A DNA stretch of 32,000 bases. Source: Candidatus Bathyarchaeia archaeon (GTDB lineage: Archaea > Asgardarchaeota > Heimdallarchaeia > JABLTI01). The stretch covers positions 187,053 through 219,052 of the forward strand of contig DATKZI010000026.1 of assembly GCA_035528035.1 (NCBI GenBank), written 5' to 3'. The notes under the pieces were generated by a model. It searched no databases. It worked only from the letters and a program-made list of their open reading frames with translations, and had not been told where the DNA came from. The position numbers and the translations under genes were made by a program. Positions 24,769 to 32,000 of this stretch are shown piece after piece (position 1 is the first letter of the stretch; each line of letters starts with the position of its first letter).

Positions 24769-25503
24769 ATGTCAAACTCAGCAGTCAAATTAACAGACTT
24801 GACTAAAGATTTTGGAAAATTACGAGCTGTAGACACTCTGAATCTGGAAATTACTGAAGGGGAAATATTTGCCTTAGTAGGACCAAATGGTGCGGGAAAA
24901 ACAACTACAATAAAAATGATTCTTGGAATCATTCAACCTACTTCTGGAGAAGTTCAAGTGCTTGGGTGGAATATCCCTAAAGAAAGACAAAAAATCAAAC
25001 GAGATGTAGGTTATTTAGCTCAACAAAGAGCTCTTTATGAATCACTTACTACTCGAGAAAACATAGAGTTTTTTGCTGCGATAAAGGGGATGAATAAATC
25101 AGCTATAAGAGAAAAAACTGATGAATTGATCCAAGTGTTAGATCTAGCTGATTATGAAAAAGTGCGTGCCACTAATTTATCGGGTGGAACACAACAAAGA
25201 GTTGCATTAGCATGCGCATGTGTTAATTCTCCAAGATTATTGCTGTTGGATGAGGCTACTGTGGGACTTGATCCTGTTCTTAGGAAAGATGTTTGGGATT
25301 ATTTACGAAGATTCAATAAAGAAGTAAAAGGAGCTATTATCATTACAACTCATTTTCTTGATGAAGCTGATTATGCTGATAGAGTGGGATTTATGCGAGG
25401 AGCTTCGTTGATTGCTTTAGACTCTCCTGATGTTCTTAAAAAACACACTTCATCTATAACCATGGAAGAAGTTTTTCTAAAATTAGCGAAGGAGGAGACT
25501 TAA
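24769..25503 (+). CDS. ABC-2-type exporter ATP-binding protein
   Basis: Walker A GPNGAGKTT, signature LSGGTQQRV, Walker B LLLLDEATVGLD. Confidence 0.92.
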   Translation: MSNSAVKLTDLTKDFGKLRAVDTLNLEITEGEIFALVGPNGAGKTTTIKMILGIIQPTSGEVQVLGWNIPKERQKIKRDVGYLAQQRALYESLTTRENIEFFAAIKGMNKSAIREKTDELIQVLDLADYEKVRATNLSGGTQQRVALACACVNSPRLLLLDEATVGLDPVLRKDVWDYLRRFNKEVKGAIIITTHFLDEADYADRVGFMRGASLIALDSPDVLKKHTSSITMEEVFLKLAKEET

Positions 25504-25504
25504 G

Positions 25505-26644
25505 ATGCGACTTACTTGGTTAGTTTCAAAACGAGTCTTCAAATTTTTCCTTAGAGATAAACGATTAATTGCTCTAATGCTTATTGTCCCCGTTGTTATG
25601 GCTCTTGTAATTGGTTATGGTTTTGGTGGAGAAATAAAGCATGTTTCAGTTGCAATTGTTAATTTGGATGAACCTACTGCTATTCCAATTTCTTTTAGTG
25701 ATAAATTGATAGATTATTTAGATGATAAAACTGATTTAGTCGATGTTACGTTAATTAGTAGTCCAACATTAGAAAAATGGAATATAACCAAACAAGCTGT
25801 CCTTGATGGTGATTATTACGGTGCGATACTCTTCCCAGAAGGTTTTACAGATACATTAGCTGATCGTTTTCTTAATGGAAGTATGGTTGAAACCTATGTA
25901 GGGATGTTCATAGATAACTCGAATCCTCAAATCAGTGCATCAATTTTGAAAGCTGTTAGCGATGGTTTCCAATCGGAATTTGGAGCAAATATGGGATTAA
26001 CGATTAATACTGAGTTTGCTTTTGATGAAGGTCTTACCCAGTTGCAATATATGATACCTTCAATCATGCCTTTTGCAGTTTTCTTTATGTCATTTATCCT
26101 TTCAATAATTTCCTTGATAAATGAACGAAAAACAGGAACATTGGATCTCTTACTTCTTTCTCCTTACCGTAAAATCAATATTATTTTAGGTTATATGATA
26201 ACATTATCAGTTGTAGGTTTAATACAAGCAACGATACTTCTACTATTAACTATTTTTGCTTTTAATATTCCAATTATTGGTGGTGTTGGTGCCTATTTTG
26301 CAGTATATCTAATGTTATGGCTTAGCGGTCTCTGTGGTATGGGGCTTGGATTTCTGTTGTCAACTGTTGCAAAATCGGAATTACAAGCAGTTCAGTTTAT
26401 TCCCATGGTTATCTTCACAGCACTGTTATTATCAGGTATTCTTATGCCATTAGAAACACTCCCAGTTTGGTTACGACCAATTTCCTATATCATCCCATTA
26501 ACGTTTGGCGCAGAATACACCCGAACAGTGATGATTGAAGGAACAGGATTCCTGTGGCACTGGCATCTGGCACCGGTCATTGGATTTGTCCTCCTAATGG
26601 TCCTCCTCTCTACCTTAACTCTTCGAGAGAAAAAAACATTATAA
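25505..26644 (+). CDS. ABC-2-type transporter permease
   Basis: 379 aa. An N-terminal TM is followed by a large extracytoplasmic loop and then 5 C-terminal TM segments, the typical ABC-2 layout. It starts 2 nt after the ATPase stop. Confidence 0.85.
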   Translation: MRLTWLVSKRVFKFFLRDKRLIALMLIVPVVMALVIGYGFGGEIKHVSVAIVNLDEPTAIPISFSDKLIDYLDDKTDLVDVTLISSPTLEKWNITKQAVLDGDYYGAILFPEGFTDTLADRFLNGSMVETYVGMFIDNSNPQISASILKAVSDGFQSEFGANMGLTINTEFAFDEGLTQLQYMIPSIMPFAVFFMSFILSIISLINERKTGTLDLLLLSPYRKINIILGYMITLSVVGLIQATILLLLTIFAFNIPIIGGVGAYFAVYLMLWLSGLCGMGLGFLLSTVAKSELQAVQFIPMVIFTALLLSGILMPLETLPVWLRPISYIIPLTFGAEYTRTVMIEGTGFLWHWHLAPVIGFVLLMVLLSTLTLREKKTL

Positions 26645-26647
26645 AAT

Positions 26648-26668
26648 CATCCACTCAAATTGTGGATG
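26648..26668. terminator. hairpin CATCCAC-(7 nt)-GTGGATG plus T-tract between convergent genes
   Basis: A 7-bp stem followed by TTTTTCTATTTTTTTT. Confidence 0.55.
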
Positions 26669-26682
26669 TTTTTCTATTTTTT

Positions 26683-27669
26683 TTAATAAGGTGTTAATTT
26701 CATTTTACCATCTAATACGAGACAAGCATCGCCACCAATGCACATTTCTTTGATATATTCATTTACAATATCCATTTCAACAAAAATCTCGCCCTGACGT
26801 CCTGAAATTGTTTTCTGATTGAAAGCAGTGATTAATTTTGATCCTTTTGTTGGGAGTAATTTATGTTCAAAAAGAAAAGTAGCAATACTGCAATTACTTT
26901 CACCAGTTATCATATCTTCAAAATAGTTGTTTAATAAATCGCCATTTAGTTTTGGATGGAAAATTCTGGTGAAGATTTTAGTATCTGATTGGGTGGAGTC
27001 ATAATAGAATAAACAAATAAAATCGACATTGTTTTCAGTGGCCATATTGATTAATTTACTCCGGTTAAAAACCACTCGGTCAAAAGCATCTTTAGTTTTC
27101 ATAGGAATGATCATAGCCCAGTGTTTCATTTTAGTCGCTTGGATCATAATATCAGTACGGATATCATCAGATACTAACCCTAAAGATTCAGCTGTCATTG
27201 CAGTATCAAACTCAACACGACGAAATTCAGGTTTCATATCTACATTCATCATTATCATCAAACGAAGAGATTCACGACCTTTAGAATTAACGATTATTGG
27301 AAAAACACCATTTCTAGTTTGGATGGTAAGAATATTGGTGCTACTATCTTTAAGAATAACATTTTTCTCAGTAATCATAACAAAAGCAGCTGCAATGAGA
27401 CTTTGATAATCAGAGTCAATTTCTTCTTGGAAAGAAAGAACGCTGATACTAAAATCAGATTTTCCATCATTGGCATCACCAATAAAAACACCTTTTTCAG
27501 TGTTCAATTCATGAATAATAGCTAATTTTTCATCATTTGATAAGCTATCTCCATATGGAACAACAAGAATTGGATTACCTTGAAAGGGTTCAGTTGTGAA
27601 AACATCTACAAGTTTAACTTCAAGCTGCTTTGCTAACTTTCGTTGGAGAGACATTTTTGTCAACCGCAT
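26683..27669 (-). CDS. PhzF-family isomerase-like protein
   Basis: 328 aa with an alternative ATG at 27654. The N-terminal motif VDVFTTEPFQGNPILVV is characteristic of PhzF/YddE (VDAFT..PF.GNP..V). The two-domain length is appropriate for the family. Confidence 0.75.
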   Translation of the reverse strand: MRLTKMSLQRKLAKQLEVKLVDVFTTEPFQGNPILVVPYGDSLSNDEKLAIIHELNTEKGVFIGDANDGKSDFSISVLSFQEEIDSDYQSLIAAAFVMITEKNVILKDSSTNILTIQTRNGVFPIIVNSKGRESLRLMIMMNVDMKPEFRRVEFDTAMTAESLGLVSDDIRTDIMIQATKMKHWAMIIPMKTKDAFDRVVFNRSKLINMATENNVDFICLFYYDSTQSDTKIFTRIFHPKLNGDLLNNYFEDMITGESNCSIATFLFEHKLLPTKGSKLITAFNQKTISGRQGEIFVEMDIVNEYIKEMCIGGDACLVLDGKMKLTPY

Positions 27670-27793
27670 TTACACAAGTTCTATTGAACTTTTAATTGAT
27701 TAATATAACCCTTTTTATTATTTTCGAGTAAGTGTAGATTATAATTGCCATAACAATACAATTGATTAATATTTAAAATAAAAAGAAGGAAGG

Positions 27794-27821
27794 AATGAGG
27801 CTGGTTAAAAAAAACCTCATT
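27794..27821 (-). terminator. hairpin AATGAGG-(14 nt)-CCTCATT downstream of the membrane-protein gene
   Basis: A 7-bp stem located 17 nt beyond the stop at 27838 on the minus strand. Confidence 0.4.
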
Positions 27822-27837
27822 GATAAATAAAAGAAAA

Positions 27838-29223
27838 TTATCGATCAACAATAGCTGCTATGGATTTAGAAGTATCCATTTCGCTTCGAGCTTCTTTCAT
27901 ATCGCCACGTAATTCAGCAGGCATTCTGGTAGGTAATTTGAATCCTGATTCTTCATCTTGTGCATAAGCAAAGACAAAAGTCAAATAAGCAGTTTTCATA
28001 GGTCGGAAAATAAAGAATGTTGGTATACTGGCAAAAATTAATGCTGGTAAAACAGCTATTAGCATAGCAAAAGACCATGTTGCACTTACACCTGTTAACT
28101 TAAGCACTAAACCAATTATCACACCAATGATACCATAGATGAAGATTGAGATCCATTGAATGATACCCATGGCTCCTTGAACACCGGTTTCTCTAATTAA
28201 AACATCCATGTAATATCTTTTCAATAAGCTGAAACTTCGAGAAACACCTTCTTTGAATTTAGTTCCTTCAACAGTAATCGCTGGAAGAGTAAAGTAGGTA
28301 AGATATTTGTAAACAAAACCTAATAAAGCAGAAGCCATACGAACAAAAACAGCTAAAATAACAGCTCCTTTTGTACTTGCATTTGCTGCAGCATTTCGTA
28401 ACAATCGCTGTACCCAATTAACTAATGCTGTAACAATACCAAAGGTGAAAATAGCGCCAAAATTTCCAGCAACATTTTTACGACAGAATTTCATATCAGG
28501 GTCTCTTTTTCGATACCATTCATAAGCATAGGTAGTGTTAATCGCTTCAGCTGCATAGAACACCCCATAATAGACAATTAATTGAATTAAGCTTACAATG
28601 GAACCAAATACGTACCCAAGCCAATCAATTCCTAGTACATAGAACCATGAAACAAAAACAGCAAAGATTGCTCCCATAGTTATGATACTAAGAAGTGACA
28701 TGAAAGTTACAAACAAAGGTGCAAGTACCATACCTTTTTCTGCAAGAACAACTTTCCCTGTGAATTTCATAAATTCGCCTGCACGTTGGAATTTCTTTTT
28801 GTTAACAAAGAGTCCTATTATTAGGAAAACAGCAGGAGCTAATCCCGTTAATGCGTATATTCCACCTGGTCCACCGAAAACCAATCCTAGAATTGCACCA
28901 ATAACAGCTCCAACAATATAGAAAACTACTCCTGCATAAACAAGAATATGACCAAATCTGGCTACTAGTTTTAATAGAACCCATCCAAAGAATAAGCCTA
29001 GTACTATTAACCCAACAAAAGCTACTAAAATTACCCACCAATACGAAGCATAAGTCCAACCAGCTAAAGCTTCGCCAAAGGTTTGGAGGCTGTTAGGAAT
29101 AGTCAAGCTCCAGAGAATAATTAAACAAGCAATACCAGCACCATAAAAAAGTAAAGCAAAGATAAGATAAAAGATAATAGCTCTCTTATTGGCTGGTTTT
29201 ATAGTTATTTTTCCTGAAACCAT
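27838..29223 (-). CDS. polytopic membrane protein (~10 TM), possibly choline-transporter-like (CTL/SLC44/Pns1) family
   Basis: 461 aa and very hydrophobic. The C-terminal half shows a motif order reminiscent of CTL proteins: YEWYRKRDPD, then AGNFGAIFTFGIVTALVNWVQRLLRN, then TYFTLPAITVEGTKFKEGVSRSFSLLKR, then the acidic end AYAQDEE. The family call is tentative. Confidence 0.6.
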   Translation of the reverse strand: MVSGKITIKPANKRAIIFYLIFALLFYGAGIACLIILWSLTIPNSLQTFGEALAGWTYASYWWVILVAFVGLIVLGLFFGWVLLKLVARFGHILVYAGVVFYIVGAVIGAILGLVFGGPGGIYALTGLAPAVFLIIGLFVNKKKFQRAGEFMKFTGKVVLAEKGMVLAPLFVTFMSLLSIITMGAIFAVFVSWFYVLGIDWLGYVFGSIVSLIQLIVYYGVFYAAEAINTTYAYEWYRKRDPDMKFCRKNVAGNFGAIFTFGIVTALVNWVQRLLRNAAANASTKGAVILAVFVRMASALLGFVYKYLTYFTLPAITVEGTKFKEGVSRSFSLLKRYYMDVLIRETGVQGAMGIIQWISIFIYGIIGVIIGLVLKLTGVSATWSFAMLIAVLPALIFASIPTFFIFRPMKTAYLTFVFAYAQDEESGFKLPTRMPAELRGDMKEARSEMDTSKSIAAIVDR

Positions 29224-29450
29224 TTTTAATCCTCGTAAACATTTGAAATGCTAACTATCCATAGAGTATATTGTTTATAATTCTTATTCCCTTTACATAA
29301 GAAAGGGATTTTCGATCAATCATTTTAGAGAAATGAAATATAAGCAAAGATTGCAAGAATCCTTTTAAAAGAAAAATGCTGATTGGAGAGTAAATATTAA
29401 GGTAGATACATAATTAGAAGTATTAAAAATTCTAAATCTGGTGAAATAAA

Positions 29451-30899
29451 ATGACTTTAGTTGTACGAAATACTTTAACTCGAAAAATGGAAACCTTCAA
29501 ACCTCTTGTAAAAGAAAAAGTAACAATGTATACTTGTGGTCCTACCGTTTATAGTACGCCTCATATAGGAAACTATCGAACCTTCTTCATGGCTGATATG
29601 ATTAGAAGATATTTGGAATTCAAAGGGTATGATGTACTACAAGTAATGAATATCACAGATATAGATGATAAAACAATACGTGATTCTGCACAAGAGAATC
29701 TAAGTTTAAAGGAATTTACAGACAAGTACACTAAAGTTTTCTTTGAAGGAATAGATTGGCTTCACAATAAACGAGCTCATGTGTATCCTCGAGCAACAGA
29801 ACATATCAAAGAAATGATTGATCTCATCAAAAAACTTGAGCAGAAAGGTTTTGTTTATGAATCAGATGACGGGGTTTACTTTAAAATAAACAAATTCAAA
29901 GATTATGGAAAATTGGCTAATGTCAATCTTGAAACCCTAAAAGTAGGCGAACGAGCAAAAGCTGATGAATATGATAAAGGCAATGTGCAGGATTTTGCTC
30001 TTTGGAAGAAAAGTACTCCAGAAGAAATAGAACGAGGAATTTTCTACGATAGTCCCTGGGGGAAAGGTCGTCCTGGGTGGCATATTGAATGTTCAGCAAT
30101 GTCGATGAAATATCTCGGTGAAACAGTCGACATACACACTGGAGCAATTGATCTAAAATTCCCGCACCATACAAATGAAATAGCTCAGTCTGAAGGAGCA
30201 ACGGGAAAAACCTTTGTAAAATATTGGATACATGGGGAATTCCTGAATCTTAAAGAAGAAAAAATGTCTAAATCACTTGGCAATGTAACAACCTTACATT
30301 CGTTAATGGACAAATTTGATCCAGATACTATCAGATATTTCTTCCTCTCAACAAGATATGATGCTATCTTGGAATTTACTGAGGATAAATTAACCAGCGC
30401 AAAAAATAGTGTTGAGCGATTAAAAACAACATTCGAGAATGTTCAAGGTCATTTAAGAACACTTACAATAGATACACCAATGAGTGAACGCGAAACTGAA
30501 TTACTCACTGTAACTAAAGAACTTCGTAAAGAATTTGAAGAAGGCATGGATCAGAATTTCGATACTACAAAAGGATTGAAGGCAATCCACGAATTGTCAA
30601 AGCAATTGAATAAATACATTGAAGGTCAAATAAATGATGGCACATTAGCTCAAGCATTTGATATCTACAAAGAATTACTAGACACTTTTGGTCTGTTTGA
30701 GAAATTGGAAACAGAAACATCATTAGCTAGCAATCAATTATTTGACGAACTTGTAACCTTTATTGTCGAATTAAGGGATGAAGCACGAAAGAACAAAGAT
30801 TACAAAACAAGTGACGTTATTCGTGATCGATTGAATCAAATGAATATTATCTTGGAAGATTCACCAAAAGGAACACTTTGGAAATTAAAGAAAAACTAG
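29451..30899 (+). CDS. cysS: cysteine--tRNA ligase
   Basis: 482 aa. It has the class I motifs HIGN and KMSKS, the CGPTVY N-terminal context, and WHIECSAM (Zn/Cys-binding region). Confidence 0.95.
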   Translation: MTLVVRNTLTRKMETFKPLVKEKVTMYTCGPTVYSTPHIGNYRTFFMADMIRRYLEFKGYDVLQVMNITDIDDKTIRDSAQENLSLKEFTDKYTKVFFEGIDWLHNKRAHVYPRATEHIKEMIDLIKKLEQKGFVYESDDGVYFKINKFKDYGKLANVNLETLKVGERAKADEYDKGNVQDFALWKKSTPEEIERGIFYDSPWGKGRPGWHIECSAMSMKYLGETVDIHTGAIDLKFPHHTNEIAQSEGATGKTFVKYWIHGEFLNLKEEKMSKSLGNVTTLHSLMDKFDPDTIRYFFLSTRYDAILEFTEDKLTSAKNSVERLKTTFENVQGHLRTLTIDTPMSERETELLTVTKELRKEFEEGMDQNFDTTKGLKAIHELSKQLNKYIEGQINDGTLAQAFDIYKELLDTFGLFEKLETETSLASNQLFDELVTFIVELRDEARKNKDYKTSDVIRDRLNQMNIILEDSPKGTLWKLKKN

Positions 30900-31107
30900 A
30901 TTTTCTAGTTATTCTTTCATTTTTTTCAATAATTACATAGGATAAATCATTTTTTGTTAAAATTTGCACAAAGATTAGTTTTTAATAACTCAAAATTTCA
31001 TCTATATTCAAATACGATAGAAAAACTTCTAAAATAAAAACAATTGTTTTTCCTAAACTGTAAAAAGAATTTCCTTATTAAAGTGGAACCTAGTAGGGGT
31101 TAAAAAT

Positions 31108-32000
31108 ATGCCAACAAAACCACCATCTATTACCTTAAAAGTTGCAGAAGCAAGACAAAGGGATATTGGAAGACAAAAAGTCCGCATTGATGGCTTATCA
31201 ATGAGGCAAATTAATGTTACAACAGGTGATGTTGTAGAAATTAAAGGTAAAAAAACAACTGCTGCCATAGCTTGGCCTGCTTATCCGGAAGACCAAAATG
31301 CAGGACTAATTCGCATGGATAAATTGCTCAGAAATAATGCTGATGTTGGTCTATCAGAAAAAGTCGAGGTTACCAAAGCTAATGCTAAAAACGCAAAAAC
31401 AGTTTCCCTAGCACCTTTTCAAACACCTGTAGCTATAGATTATAGTTTCGAGAATTTCGTTAAACGTAAATTATTAGGTTATCCTTTAACAGAAGGGGAT
31501 ACTGTTCTTATACCTATTTTAGGCAAATCTCTCCCCTTTACAGTTACATCTACTAATCCAAAAGGAATAATCAGAATAACAGAAGATACTGAACTAAAAG
31601 TAATTGATAAACCAGTTCAAGTGTCAGATGAAGCACTTCCAAGAACTTCCTATGAAGATATTGGTGGTCTTGGAAATCAAATTCAAAGGATTCGTGAAAT
31701 GGTGGAGCTTCCTATGAAACATCCTGAATTATTCAAGAAATTAGGAATTGATCCACCTAAAGGTGTTCTTTTACATGGTCCTCCCGGTTGTGGGAAGACA
31801 CTTATAGCAAAAGCAGTAGCAAATGAAAGTGCTTCAAATTTTGTTGTCATTAACGGTCCTGAAATTATGTCTAAATTCTATGGTGAATCAGAGCAAAGAT
31901 TACGATCAATATTCAAAGATGCATCAGCCAAAGCACCAACGATAATTTTCATAGATGAATTAGATGCTATTGCAAGTAAACGAGCTGAAGCTACAGGTGA
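31108..32000 (+). CDS. cdc48: Cdc48/VCP-like AAA+ ATPase, 3'-truncated by window edge
   Basis: It is not in the ORF track because no stop falls within the window. ATG at 31108. The N-domain reads [53 protein letters not shown]...IRMD. The D1 domain shows YEDIGGL, Walker A GPPGCGKT and Walker B IIFIDELD. Confidence 0.93.
   Translation, partial: MPTKPPSITLKVAEARQRDIGRQKVRIDGLSMRQINVTTGDVVEIKGKKTTAAIAWPAYPEDQNAGLIRMDKLLRNNADVGLSEKVEVTKANAKNAKTVSLAPFQTPVAIDYSFENFVKRKLLGYPLTEGDTVLIPILGKSLPFTVTSTNPKGIIRITEDTELKVIDKPVQVSDEALPRTSYEDIGGLGNQIQRIREMVELPMKHPELFKKLGIDPPKGVLLHGPPGCGKTLIAKAVANESASNFVVINGPEIMSKFYGESEQRLRSIFKDASAKAPTIIFIDELDAIASKRAEATG

Noticed and set aside
27029-27525. Plus-strand ORFs of 125 aa and 68 aa
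   Set aside because: They are antisense to the PhzF-like CDS and are hydrophobic or Ile-rich shadow frames.
28682-29059. ORFs of 79 aa (+) and 85 aa (-) inside the membrane-protein gene
   Set aside because: They lie in alternative frames or antisense to a 461-aa ORF with coherent TM architecture.
29289-29307. Hairpin CCCTTT-(7 nt)-AAAGGG between the membrane-protein gene and cysS
   Set aside because: It lies in a divergent promoter region, so it is not a terminator. The stem is short and AT/GC-mixed with no other supporting signal, and it is not distinguishable from chance.
31053-31268. 71-aa minus-strand ORF
   Set aside because: It is antisense to the N-terminal domain of the Cdc48 CDS, which is itself missing from the track only because it has no in-window stop.
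1-32000. CRISPR arrays, IS elements, integrases, prophage or defence islands
   Set aside because: No regularly spaced direct repeats, terminal inverted repeats, or transposase-, integrase- or Cas-like ORFs were seen on either strand. The only repeats are short promoter-region repeats and hairpins.

Overview
AT-rich chromosomal segment that is clearly archaeal. Evidence: a group II chaperonin (thermosome), a Nop5-fibrillarin operon, ribosomal protein L44e, a PAC2 proteasome-assembly chaperone, Cdc48, a pilin with a class III signal peptide, and TTTAAATA-type TATA boxes. The lineage cannot be assigned by eye. Most of the window is ordinary housekeeping or accessory coding sequence, about 34 supportable CDS. 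These include CysRS, Sir2, an Mrp/ApbC Fe-S carrier, a metal ABC importer, an ABC-2 exporter with a divergent TrmB-like regulator, a PadR regulator, a YjbQ protein, a PhzF-like isomerase, a GtrA-GT2 glycosyltransferase and one tRNA-Thr(CGU). No CRISPR array, transposase, integrase or recognisable defence system is visible.

The outstanding feature is the GC-rich island at about 19314-19485. It contains every conserved element of an archaeal 5S rRNA, but in circularly permuted gene order, with the 3' two-thirds preceding the 5' third. The natural 5' and 3' ends (helix I) are joined head-to-tail by a palindrome. The new ends are bracketed by an 11-bp helix, a 4-bp helix and two opposed 3-nt bulges, which is a bulge-helix-bulge (BHB)-like motif. 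Cutting there by the standard tRNA-splicing-endonuclease rule and ligating would recreate the conserved contiguous ...CCCGGAA-GUUAAGCC... junction and give a 120-nt molecule. I know of no described archaeal permuted 5S gene, but I cannot search the literature or any database.

Secondary points of interest:
- A divergent persulfide-relay cluster (DsrE/F/H-like plus DsrE3-like plus TusA) next to Mrp.
- Textbook-looking operators for the PadR (ATGT-N8-ACAT) and TrmB (TACT-N3-AGTA) regulators.
- A 52-aa RHH gene absent from the ORF track.
- A Cys/His-rich tail on the metal ABC permease.
- A polytopic membrane protein whose C-terminal half resembles choline-transporter-like (CTL/SLC44) proteins.

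All protein calls come from motif recognition by eye, not from searches.
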